64,000 bases of DNA, from IMG/VR virus record IMGVR_UViG_3300045988_131126. The stretch is one strand, 5' to 3'. Shown one piece after another: positions 35,407 through 44,897 of this stretch. Numbering within the stretch: position 1 is the first letter of the stretch; every line of letters begins with the position of its first letter. The stretch comes from a virus. Both the position numbers and the translations under genes were made by a program. Below the pieces are notes generated by a model that saw only the letters and a program-made list of their open reading frames with translations, was not told the origin of the DNA and searched no databases.

Positions 35407-37731
35407 ATGAACGAAATAGCATTAATGGAAGCAGCCTCTTCTGTATATAAAAGAAAATATCAATGCCCTTACTGTAACGAAAAATATGATAGAATTAAAC
35501 TTGTGGATCATATAGAAAAGAAACATTCGGAATTCATTCCAAAAGACTTTACTGCATCTAGAATAGTATTTAATACCGTAAATAAAAAAGAAAAAGGCAA
35601 ATGCACTATATGTGGAAAAGAATCTCCATGGGACGAAGATAAATGTAGATACGATAGATTTTGCAGTGATAAATGTAAAAAAGCTTACGAGCAACTAGCT
35701 GCAGAAAGATTAAAAAGGGTAAGAGGAATGACTAAGCAAGAAATGCTTAAAGATCCAGAATATCAAAATAATGTAATGCTTGCCAATAGAAGTATATCAG
35801 GAAAATATAAATTTCAAGATGGAACCATAAGAACTTATGTAGGTTCTTATGAGCATAAGTTTTTGGAATTTATGGATAAATTTTTAAATGTAAAAAGCGA
35901 GGACCTAGAAACTCCTGGGCCTATAATAGAATATAAGTTTAAAGGAGAAACTCATAAGTGGATTACTGATGCTTATTATGCTCCATATAACTTAGCATTT
36001 GATATTAAAGATGGCGGAGATAATCCAAATAAAAGAGAAATGCCTGAATATAGAGCTAAACAAATAGCAAAAGAAGATGCTATTAGAAAACAAGGTAAAT
36101 ATAATTATATAAGATTAACCGATAACAAGTTTGAGCAATTGATAGAATTAATGCTTGAATTAAAAGAATTATATATAGAGAATAATGGAGAATATAATCC
36201 TATTATAAGAATCAATGAATCTACTGTATTAGAAAGCAAGAAAGCCAAAGACTTAGGACCTAAAGTATGTAGTAAATGTGGATCTAAAAACATAGGAGTA
36301 TTTTTCCAAGGAGAACCTATCTACAAATGTAAAGATTGCGGAGAATATTTAGGAGTAGTACCATTTAACGAATCTGCTTCAAACGATATAATCCAAAATG
36401 CGTTTAATTCAGTAATTCATACTATTAAATGGTGCAGAATGGATGACTCTGCTTTTTGCAGTATAAATGAATATAACAAGCCAAAGATAATTAGCGATAA
36501 TTCATTCTCTGCTGGTAAATTTGCGTATGAATCTGGAATTGATGCTGTAGTAAAAACTATTAACTATAACAATATTTTCGAAAATGGAAAATATTCTGCA
36601 AGATGTGATAATAATGAATTAATTATCACGATTGATAAATTGAATAACATGAATGAATCATATATTATAGATGAAATATATAAAGGAGATAATAATATGA
36701 TTCGTGAAAATAAATCTACACTTGATCCAAATCATAAAACTAAAAAGACTGATACAACTTTTAAGTTTATAGATCTTAAAGATCCTAGCGTAGATAAATA
36801 TTTAAAACAAGACAAATATTGTACAGAGTATTGGGATTATATTCATAAAAGTTGCATAGGTGAAATAGTTATAGATGCTGATAGCGATTGTATAGCAGGA
36901 TATGTATTCTTAGATAATAAGAAATATCCGGGATTTATAACTCCGGTTGTAGTGATTAAGAAATATAGAGGATATGGATTATCTTCTAAGCTTGTAAAAG
37001 ATGCCATAAATAAATATAAGGCCATAGATTTAACTGTAACGAAAGATAACGAAGTTGCTATTAAATTATATAAAGATAACGGGTTCGTTATAATTGGAGA
37101 CGGTAATTCCAAAAATGAGTATTGGATGAAGCTCAAAAGCAAGCTTACTGATGAAGAGAAATCTAAATCACTAAAAGAATTTTCTATAATAACTCCATCA
37201 TCTGATAAACCTTCTCAAGAAGGATTTATTGGTCATGGATCTTGGAATGCTATTAAGAAAGTTAATGGAGAACCATATAGAGAGCGTGTAGAAGTAATTA
37301 TATTTAATAAGGAATTAGATAAAGTACTTATTGGTACTAGAAAATCTGATGGTAGTGTTAAACTACCTGGAGGTGGTACTGATAAGAATTCTTCATTAGA
37401 GTCTCAAGCTGCTAAAGAATGTCAAGAAGAAGTAAAGGTAAATATAGATAATCTTAAGTATATCGGAAGTTATTCTATGTCTAATGAACAGGCTAGGTAT
37501 AAGGATGATGTATATAAAGGACAATACACGTATCTATATTTAGCAATTTATGATTCTGATTATACTGGATATATTAGACCAGAAGATCTTGATTCTTTAT
37601 ATGATACAGCTGAATGGATGAGTATTTATGATGCTAAAAAATTATTAAAGAAGAGATCTGTAGATTTATACAACTTATTTAACTATAATTATAAATTATA
37701 TATTAATGATTTATCGTATTTAAAATTATAA
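35407..37731 (+). CDS. Multidomain protein: C2H2 and FCS-type zinc fingers, PD-(D/E)xK-like nuclease, zinc ribbon, GNAT acetyltransferase, Nudix-like domain
   Basis: - Zinc fingers: CPYCNEKY..HIEKKH and RFCSDKCKKAY.
- Nuclease: SYEHKFLEFMD..IEYKFKGETHKWITDAYY..LAFDIKD (D..DxK).
- Zinc ribbon: CSKCGS..CKDCG.
- GNAT motif A: VVIKKYRGYGLSSKLV..
- Nudix-like: RVEVIIF..LPGGGTDKNSSLESQAAKECQEEVKV. Confidence 0.6.
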   Translation: MNEIALMEAASSVYKRKYQCPYCNEKYDRIKLVDHIEKKHSEFIPKDFTASRIVFNTVNKKEKGKCTICGKESPWDEDKCRYDRFCSDKCKKAYEQLAAERLKRVRGMTKQEMLKDPEYQNNVMLANRSISGKYKFQDGTIRTYVGSYEHKFLEFMDKFLNVKSEDLETPGPIIEYKFKGETHKWITDAYYAPYNLAFDIKDGGDNPNKREMPEYRAKQIAKEDAIRKQGKYNYIRLTDNKFEQLIELMLELKELYIENNGEYNPIIRINESTVLESKKAKDLGPKVCSKCGSKNIGVFFQGEPIYKCKDCGEYLGVVPFNESASNDIIQNAFNSVIHTIKWCRMDDSAFCSINEYNKPKIISDNSFSAGKFAYESGIDAVVKTINYNNIFENGKYSARCDNNELIITIDKLNNMNESYIIDEIYKGDNNMIRENKSTLDPNHKTKKTDTTFKFIDLKDPSVDKYLKQDKYCTEYWDYIHKSCIGEIVIDADSDCIAGYVFLDNKKYPGFITPVVVIKKYRGYGLSSKLVKDAINKYKAIDLTVTKDNEVAIKLYKDNGFVIIGDGNSKNEYWMKLKSKLTDEEKSKSLKEFSIITPSSDKPSQEGFIGHGSWNAIKKVNGEPYRERVEVIIFNKELDKVLIGTRKSDGSVKLPGGGTDKNSSLESQAAKECQEEVKVNIDNLKYIGSYSMSNEQARYKDDVYKGQYTYLYLAIYDSDYTGYIRPEDLDSLYDTAEWMSIYDAKKLLKKRSVDLYNLFNYNYKLYINDLSYLKL

Positions 37732-37736
37732 ATTGT

Positions 37737-37767
37737 AACCCCATAATCTGTATTGGATTATGGGGTT
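37737..37767 (+). terminator. Hairpin after 35407-37731
   Basis: aaccccataatc / gattatggggtt. Confidence 0.55.
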
Positions 37768-37777
37768 TCTTAATGGC

Positions 37778-37811
37778 TCTGAATATATTCAGAATATGAT
37801 AGATTCAGAAT
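37778..37811. promoter_or_regulatory. TCTGAAT-AT-ATTCAGA palindrome plus a TCAGAAT half-site
   Basis: Palindrome at 37778-37793, half-site at 37805-37811. It sits directly upstream of the promoter of the HTH protein gene. Confidence 0.55.
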
Positions 37812-37820
37812 ATATAATTG

Positions 37821-37840
37821 TATATTATTACTGTGAATAA
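37821..37840 (+). promoter_or_regulatory. Early-type promoter word (tatattattactgtgaataa)
   Basis: 34 nt upstream of ATG 37874 and next to the TCTGAAT palindrome. Confidence 0.55.
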
Positions 37841-37873
37841 ATAAAATTTTTCAACACTAAGGAGGAAAAACTT

Positions 37874-39034
37874 ATGAAGAGATCTAAAACAAACACATAC
37901 TATAATTTTAACGCTCCAACAGTAGAAGAACTGGATCCCGTCAGTAAAAAGATTTATGATGGGTTATGTAATGGTGAAAACAAAAAGGTACTTTCGAATA
38001 AGTATAAAGTACCAATGACTGCAATCATCGCATTGCAGAAAAGGTTTAAAACCGGTACAATTGCAAATTCGCAGTTACCTGAAATGGTGCAGAAAACGGA
38101 AACTACTGACAAATCCAAAGTAATTCAAATCGGAAACGATTCAGATTCTAGCAAAGATAGTGTAGAAACTAAATCTAGAAAGAAGAGAAAAACTGTTAAC
38201 GAGGATGATATAGATTTAGTTATCGAATTTGTCAAAGATGGATATACATCTAAACAAATCGCTGAATTGACAAATTTATCAATATCTACAATATCTAGGA
38301 TACGAACCAATAATCGGTCAGAGTGTCAGTCTTCCAAAACAAACACCGAGAATACTATCAGCACTACTGAAGATCATAAAACTCATTCAGATATAGTACC
38401 TATAGGTACTTCTATCAGAGTTGGGTTAGTAGCTGACAGGCATAATATGCCTGTAAATGATTTTATCTTCAAGACATCTTTATCTAAGTCGATCATGTTC
38501 GATTATGATAAAATTGAAGATATCTGTAGAGAATACATCGACGAGATGGTTGATTTCATCAATGGAGAAGCTCAACAGAAGTTAGTAGTGTACGTGACTG
38601 GTATTCAGTGTGTATTATCTTCTTTGATCAAAGTAGCTAATGAAAAGAAGGTAAATTTAACACTGAGACACTATGACTCAGACACTAATACTTATCACAC
38701 TCATGTGATATGGGATCAATTTGGTGGTTCCACACCTGTAGAGATAGATGAGTTATTAGTAAACTCAAAAAGTTCTTATACATATAAGTGTGATATAAAA
38801 GAACTTATTGAGAATAAATCATGCATAAAGATAGTAGAGGTTCATTATAATAATGATACCGTGGTCTATCAAGATGCATACTTGGTAAAAAATACTGATG
38901 ATATGTTTATGCTTGTGTCTGACATGATGAAGAAATCAGACAAAGATGTATCAATCTATGCCAAAGGCTATGATTTGATTAAAGGTCGATTCGTGTTAAA
39001 CGGAATTGATCTTAAGTTAAAAAATAAAAATTGA
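37874..39034 (+). CDS. Putative transcription regulator with two HTH-like segments
   Basis: KKVLSNKYKVPMTAIIALQKRF and DGYTSKQIAELTNLSISTISRIR look like HTH motifs. TCTGAAT palindromes and an early promoter word lie directly upstream. Confidence 0.5.
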   Translation: MKRSKTNTYYNFNAPTVEELDPVSKKIYDGLCNGENKKVLSNKYKVPMTAIIALQKRFKTGTIANSQLPEMVQKTETTDKSKVIQIGNDSDSSKDSVETKSRKKRKTVNEDDIDLVIEFVKDGYTSKQIAELTNLSISTISRIRTNNRSECQSSKTNTENTISTTEDHKTHSDIVPIGTSIRVGLVADRHNMPVNDFIFKTSLSKSIMFDYDKIEDICREYIDEMVDFINGEAQQKLVVYVTGIQCVLSSLIKVANEKKVNLTLRHYDSDTNTYHTHVIWDQFGGSTPVEIDELLVNSKSSYTYKCDIKELIENKSCIKIVEVHYNNDTVVYQDAYLVKNTDDMFMLVSDMMKKSDKDVSIYAKGYDLIKGRFVLNGIDLKLKNKN

Positions 39035-39064
39035 GGAATTAGGTCCTCATTTGTGTCCAAACGG

Positions 39065-39106
39065 AAACCCAGGTACTAATATTAGTACCTGGGTTTATTT
39101 TTTTTT
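39065..39106 (+). terminator. Intrinsic terminator after 37874-39034
   Basis: aaacccaggtacta / tagtacctgggttt followed by a run of nine T. Confidence 0.85.
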
Positions 39107-39150
39107 AGGAATACATTAAAATAAAGAGAAATCGAAGGTAGGTGATATAA

Positions 39151-42100
39151 GTGCCAATATTTGTTGACGATACAGAAGCTGTTAATGAAAAAGTTAACAG
39201 TTTCTCAGCATTCATATCTACTAAAATAATAATTGATGAAAAAGAAAATAAGATATTTATCAAAGGAATTAATTATGATAAATTTCTTATAAGAATAAAA
39301 GATATGTATGAAACTAAATCGGTAAATAAATTATTTACAAAAAACTATACTCCATTTACACAAAAATTATGGGAGAAAAAGAAAATACCTGGATATAAGA
39401 GAAAAGTTACAAATTTAGAAGTAGATTTATTTTTTGCTAGCGAATTATATAATATATTAATGCAATTAGCTGATTATTATAATCTCAGATATTATCGTAG
39501 AATGGCAGAATATATAAAGAAAAATACTTATTTGGATAATCTCGATAAAAATATTGATGTAAAAGTTGATATAAATAGACTAAATAGTATATTGAACGAA
39601 GATTACAAGCCTAAAGATTTTCAAGAAGAATTTATCAAAAAATATTTCGAATATAAAGAAATATATGATCTAGATGGGTATATATTATCGTTTGATCAAG
39701 GTTTGGGAAAGACATTTACCGCAGCTTGTATATCGGAACTTATACATCCAGATCAAACAATAATAGTATGTATGAATACGCTTAAAGAGAACTGGGCTAA
39801 TGAATTAAGATTATATTTCAAAAAATATAATGATATCGAAAGATTCAAAAGAGAAGTATATGTATATGGAGTTTCTAAACCAAAAGAATACTCCAACGAT
39901 ACAAGATATATTATCGTAAATAATGAATCAATAAATAAAATATTTCCATTAGTTAAGAATACAAATTCTACTATGATAATAGTCGATGAATGCCAAAATT
40001 TTAGAAATTTAGATTCATTGCAAACCAAAAACATGCTCAAATTAAAGCAAATAACTAAGTCCAAAGACAATCTTATGATGTCCGGTACACCTATAAAAGC
40101 TAATCCGAGCGAAATAGTACCAGCTATGATGATGATTGATAGAACCTTCACTTTAGATTTAGCCAAACTATATATAAAAGCATTTACAAGTAATACCGAT
40201 ACATTGTCTGATGTGGTTCAGACAAGGTTTAATAGAACTATATATAGAAAAACAAAAGATCAAGTTTTGGATTTACCATCTAAAACTGTAACTAATTTTA
40301 AATTAGAGTATAAAGATGAAGATCCTTATTTGATGATAAATGTAAAAAAGAAAGTAGCGGATAGATTTCAAGAAATACTTGAAAGCTATAAAGACGAGGT
40401 AGATTCTGTTAAAGATGAATTTAGAGAAACGACTTTAAAATATTCATCACAAGATAGAACTACTACGTTAGACTATATAAAATTTGTTGATAAAGGACAA
40501 GATTATGAATCTGTACATGATTCGTTATATGACTTATATGATGGATTTATCAAGAATAATGTATATCCTAATATAAAAGATAAAGATGAATTAAAAAGAT
40601 ATAAATACGTAGTAAGTGTATATGTATATATAACTCAAAAATGTTTTTTCTTAGCTATGGGAGAAGTTCTACCAAAAATAAAAGCTAAAGCATTTAATGA
40701 GTTATATGATAATAATAAAGATCTTATATATAAAATGATCAATAATAATCCAAAGAAAACAGTTATTTTTTCTACTATAGTAGAAGTTGTAGATCATATT
40801 TGTGATGATCTTAATAAAAACGATATAAAAGCTGTAAAGATAACTGGATCTGTAAAAAATCGAATGAATATTATTAATCAATTTAGAGAAGATGATACTG
40901 TAGATGTATTAGTAGCAACCTCTCAAACTATGGGAACTGGTGTTACATTAGTAGAAGCAAACCAAATGATGGTATTTTGTCCTCCGTATAGAAAAGCAGA
41001 TTTTGATCAAGCCTGTGATCGTATATATAGAATAGGACAAACTCATCCGGTAAATATTTATAATATAATAGGATCTACTTCATCTAAAGACATAACTACA
41101 AGAATGACAGATATATTAGATTGGTCAGATCAAATGGTTTCTTCTGTATTAGATAATATAGTTAATGAAGAAGCTTTAATAGAAAAATATAAAGGAGAAG
41201 ATACTAATATGATCATGTTTGAAGAAGCTATATATGATTCTAAACATACAGAACCGGTATATATAGTATTGATGCATACCGGAACTATGCTGGCTAATAC
41301 CATAAAGGCTGTAACAAAAGATGAATTTTCCCATTCATGTATATCATTTACAAGTAAACTTGATCCGATGTTTTCTTTTGGTAACAAGAAAACGTCATAT
41401 ATTGCCGGGCAACCTGGATTTGTTCAGCAAAATACCAAGGACGAGTTTTTTAAGAAGAAAAAATCTGTTTATGAAATATATGTAATGTTTGTAAGCAAAA
41501 GTCAAAAACAGAAGATGATAGATAGATTAAAATGGTTCAAAGAAAAAGATAAATATTTAGGGTATGATATTATAGGATTAATTAAATATAAATTAGGCAT
41601 ATCTAGCGATGATAATCTTAAAAAATGGTTCTGTTCAAGATTTGTAGCAGAATTATTAGGCCAAGCTGAAGATTTGGGCAGGGATGCTAGTTTATTTAGT
41701 CCTCAAGATTTTAAAAATGATTTGAATTTTATTTCTTTAGTTAATAAAGGCGATGATTTATATAATTATGATTACAAAGTGACAGAGCGAAACTTAAAAA
41801 AAATAAAGGAAGGAGATTATTCGTATAACGAATCTGATGCAAATATGGGAATAATAGAAAAAGCTTTACTAGAAATGGACAATACAGATGATATTAAAGA
41901 ATCAACTTTATTAACTGAGACACTAGAAGATTTTCTTAATAACGGTATGACTGTAAGTGAATCTTTAGCATTAAATGAAGCCACATTATCTTCTAAAGAA
42001 AGAAAATCTTTACCTGATAAAACATTTGGTTTACCAGAAAAAAGAAAATTTCCTTTAAACGATTACGATCATGTAATTTTAGCTATTAAATTCTTCAATA

Positions 42101-43737
42101 GATGCGACAAGAAAGATCAAGAGGAATTAGCTAAAAATATAATTAAAGCTATGAAAGTATATAAAGTTCCTACTGATAAGATAGGTAAAAATAATAAATT
42201 AAGAAATTATATAAATGGGTCTTTAAAGGAATTTGCTATTCATGAAGGATTGCTTAGTAAATATAAAACAGAAAAAAGAGAGATAACTCCTAAAGTTTCT
42301 AAAAAAGAAGCTGCTAATAAAATGGTGAATTATTTAAATAGCTTACTGAATGGAAAATATAAGCAATTTAAAAAGTATATAGAAATTGCAATTGATGATA
42401 AATATATAACCAATTTTATTAAAGATTCAGATTCTAGATATGTTCATATAGATTTATACTATTTCAATGTACCTGAAAAAGATCAGGATATACAGATTAT
42501 ATCATACGGAAAATGCAAAACATTTGATGATTATGAAGATAAGCTTCCTAAAAACATGATAGACGATCTATTTGGAGACCTCGAAAAATTTGCGAAAAAT
42601 TTATCCGGAGACGGTGTATATGATGTATACAGTATTCCCGATCAAGGATGGTCTTTAGAAGGAACCGTAGGATTTGATTATACAAAAAAATATGAAACTG
42701 TTAAAGTTAATAAGAAAACAGGAGAAGTAATGAAAGAATCAGTTTTGGATGAGGGATTATTCAAAAAAGATCCTTACAAAGATACAATTAAGAAATACAG
42801 AAAATATAATCCTTCAAGACCAGATTGTGATAAAACGATGAAAGACATAGAAAATACTCTGGTTAACGATATAGCTAAAAATATTAGAACGAAATTAATT
42901 AAAGTTGAAAATAATGAAGACGACACTGTATCTGTAATATTTAAAACAGATAAAGTATCTGGGTTAAATAAAAGATGTTTTGACGCTGTTATTAGATCTA
43001 AAGGAGTAACACTTCTAAATGAATCGTATAAGCTAATTACAGTTAAATATAAAGATTGTATTTTACTTGTATCGACTAGTGATGAAGATGATGACGATAT
43101 CGAATCAATTTTTAGAATAGATCTATCTGTTTTATATTGTAAAGAGTATTCTGATGCTTGCAAGATTTCTATATCATCTATAGAGGTTTTATGTAAAAAT
43201 GTAAATATAACATATACGTCTTTAGTAAATCCTGCGTTTGTGTCATTCTCCGTAGCCGGAGGAGGAAATGCTTATACAGATAAATATCCGAATATAGAAA
43301 AAAATACCGGATGTAAAATAATACCTAAAGCATTCGCGATATATGTATTTTCTAATAATGCAATACATGAATCTGTAGGAGTTCCTGTTGTAGGTCTTAC
43401 TAGCAAAACACCAGTAATAGTAGATAATATGTATAATAATGCATTTACTTCATTAGAAATGGATGAAGAAATAATACGTAATTGCATGATGTCTTCTACT
43501 AAAGCATTACTAAATAAAGAGGATAAATTCTACGTTCCTTATATTCCATATATACAGGAATCTTTAAATATAGATCCTAACATAGGATTTTATAGAGATA
43601 GAAATGGTATATTTGTAATGAACGAGAATACCAAATTAAGATCTCCTTCATATAATGACGTAGATGATATAGATGATAGAACTATATTATATGTAACATA
43701 TGGAGAATTAAACGATTCTAAATTAAACGATTTATAA
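39151..43737 (+). CDS. SNF2-family helicase fused to a permuted papain-like (YiiX/YaeF, C92-type) domain and a long C-terminal region
   Basis: SNF2 motifs: FDQGLGKTFTA, IIVDECQNFRN, MSGTPIKANPSEI, TGVTLVEANQMMVFCPPYRKADFDQACDRIYRIGQ. Then FSHSCISF...KWFCSRFVAELL, with His before Cys as in permuted NlpC/P60. GTG start. Confidence 0.8.
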   Translation: MPIFVDDTEAVNEKVNSFSAFISTKIIIDEKENKIFIKGINYDKFLIRIKDMYETKSVNKLFTKNYTPFTQKLWEKKKIPGYKRKVTNLEVDLFFASELYNILMQLADYYNLRYYRRMAEYIKKNTYLDNLDKNIDVKVDINRLNSILNEDYKPKDFQEEFIKKYFEYKEIYDLDGYILSFDQGLGKTFTAACISELIHPDQTIIVCMNTLKENWANELRLYFKKYNDIERFKREVYVYGVSKPKEYSNDTRYIIVNNESINKIFPLVKNTNSTMIIVDECQNFRNLDSLQTKNMLKLKQITKSKDNLMMSGTPIKANPSEIVPAMMMIDRTFTLDLAKLYIKAFTSNTDTLSDVVQTRFNRTIYRKTKDQVLDLPSKTVTNFKLEYKDEDPYLMINVKKKVADRFQEILESYKDEVDSVKDEFRETTLKYSSQDRTTTLDYIKFVDKGQDYESVHDSLYDLYDGFIKNNVYPNIKDKDELKRYKYVVSVYVYITQKCFFLAMGEVLPKIKAKAFNELYDNNKDLIYKMINNNPKKTVIFSTIVEVVDHICDDLNKNDIKAVKITGSVKNRMNIINQFREDDTVDVLVATSQTMGTGVTLVEANQMMVFCPPYRKADFDQACDRIYRIGQTHPVNIYNIIGSTSSKDITTRMTDILDWSDQMVSSVLDNIVNEEALIEKYKGEDTNMIMFEEAIYDSKHTEPVYIVLMHTGTMLANTIKAVTKDEFSHSCISFTSKLDPMFSFGNKKTSYIAGQPGFVQQNTKDEFFKKKKSVYEIYVMFVSKSQKQKMIDRLKWFKEKDKYLGYDIIGLIKYKLGISSDDNLKKWFCSRFVAELLGQAEDLGRDASLFSPQDFKNDLNFISLVNKGDDLYNYDYKVTERNLKKIKEGDYSYNESDANMGIIEKALLEMDNTDDIKESTLLTETLEDFLNNGMTVSESLALNEATLSSKERKSLPDKTFGLPEKRKFPLNDYDHVILAIKFFNRCDKKDQEELAKNIIKAMKVYKVPTDKIGKNNKLRNYINGSLKEFAIHEGLLSKYKTEKREITPKVSKKEAANKMVNYLNSLLNGKYKQFKKYIEIAIDDKYITNFIKDSDSRYVHIDLYYFNVPEKDQDIQIISYGKCKTFDDYEDKLPKNMIDDLFGDLEKFAKNLSGDGVYDVYSIPDQGWSLEGTVGFDYTKKYETVKVNKKTGEVMKESVLDEGLFKKDPYKDTIKKYRKYNPSRPDCDKTMKDIENTLVNDIAKNIRTKLIKVENNEDDTVSVIFKTDKVSGLNKRCFDAVIRSKGVTLLNESYKLITVKYKDCILLVSTSDEDDDDIESIFRIDLSVLYCKEYSDACKISISSIEVLCKNVNITYTSLVNPAFVSFSVAGGGNAYTDKYPNIEKNTGCKIIPKAFAIYVFSNNAIHESVGVPVVGLTSKTPVIVDNMYNNAFTSLEMDEEIIRNCMMSSTKALLNKEDKFYVPYIPYIQESLNIDPNIGFYRDRNGIFVMNENTKLRSPSYNDVDDIDDRTILYVTYGELNDSKLNDL

Positions 43738-43746
43738 AAAATAAAA

Positions 43747-43772
43747 CGGAATACTCCATATGGAGTATTCCG
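43747..43772 (+). terminator. Hairpin after the SNF2 fusion gene; first module of an early cassette
   Basis: cggaatactcca-ta-tggagtattccg. Confidence 0.55.
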
Positions 43773-43793
43773 TAATATCTTTATTTTTTGATC

Positions 43794-43813
43794 GTATACT
43801 ATCATATTGAAAA
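43794..43813 (+). promoter_or_regulatory. Early-type promoter word, divergent copy (gtatactatcatattgaaaa)
   Basis: It occupies the same cassette position as the copies at 50791 and 58507. Confidence 0.4.
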
Positions 43814-43870
43814 AATAAATAATAATATAAATCATACTTATTTAAATAAGTGTGTAGAAAGAGGTATGAT

Positions 43871-44089
43871 ATGAGAAGAGATGAATTCATGAACGCGCAC
43901 GAAGTAAGAATGAGCGAGCTTGAAAAAGCTTGCGAGGATCTTAACGAGATTCTCGGCTCCGATCCTGTAGAAGGATTTGAAGATGATATCCTGGATCCTT
44001 CCCTAGAAAGCGAAAGAGGAATCCAGGATATCCAGACAAAGAATTCTCAAGATTTGGATGACTTATTGAAGGGTCTTGAGAATTTATAA
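43871..44089 (+). CDS. Hypothetical small acidic protein (72 aa) in an early cassette
   Basis: ORF-track frame 43850..44089. ATG 43871 follows the conserved TAGAAAGAGG block. Confidence 0.7.
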   Translation: MRRDEFMNAHEVRMSELEKACEDLNEILGSDPVEGFEDDILDPSLESERGIQDIQTKNSQDLDDLLKGLENL

Positions 44090-44098
44090 AAAATAAAT

Positions 44099-44124
44099 AA
44101 CGGATAAGTAAATGCTTATCCGTT
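44099..44124. terminator. Bidirectional hairpin
   Basis: aacggataag / cttatccgtt, between convergent genes. Confidence 0.55.
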
Positions 44125-44848
44125 ATTCTTTCCCAAAAGCTGATTTATTTTTTCTTGCTCCAGGTATCTGTCTTCCCTTAGATGCTTTTACTGGAGCACT
44201 CATAGCTTTTTCTGATTTTTGTTGATCTCTTTCAAAATCTGATAAATTAAATCCGTTCTCCGGTCTACCTAAATAATTTACCATATTTTGAGCATATCCA
44301 AACATATCTACTGTATCTATTAGATATTTAAATCCTAGAAATAGATCTGATATCATATCTACATATATAGATGGATCTGATATAGTTATTCTTACTCCTT
44401 GATTTTGGATATTATTCCATTCGATCACTACTGGATCGAACCATAAATATTTACCATCTGGTAATGACATTTTTAATGTATTTCTTCTTTTACAAGTTAA
44501 ATTACCATCTTTAACTTCAAAAGTATTATCTATCATCCATTTAGATGCCATACTTACTAATTCTCTTAATATAATAATATCTTGTATACGGATCATTACA
44601 CTTCGATCCCAATTGTCACCTCCTACGTCTATAGACATATAATACGAAAAACATCTTTTAATAGTTACTGCTACCTGAGTATCGTCATATTTCGATTCAT
44701 AACGATACTCACTGTGAAAAAACCTTCTACTATTATCTATACTTGAATTCTTTTTGGATAATAGTACATTAAATCGCAGATTAATATTATTCCCTAAATA
44801 CATCATATCATCTGTGATTTTATCATAATCTACGTATTCAACTTGCAT
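44123..44848 (-). CDS. Hypothetical protein (241 aa)
   Basis: ORF track. GGGAG SD. Confidence 0.7.
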   Translation of the reverse strand: MQVEYVDYDKITDDMMYLGNNINLRFNVLLSKKNSSIDNSRRFFHSEYRYESKYDDTQVAVTIKRCFSYYMSIDVGGDNWDRSVMIRIQDIIILRELVSMASKWMIDNTFEVKDGNLTCKRRNTLKMSLPDGKYLWFDPVVIEWNNIQNQGVRITISDPSIYVDMISDLFLGFKYLIDTVDMFGYAQNMVNYLGRPENGFNLSDFERDQQKSEKAMSAPVKASKGRQIPGARKNKSAFGKE

Positions 44849-44897
44849 ATTAACTGTTTAACTCCCTATTATTTATAAAAATATATTATTAAACAGT

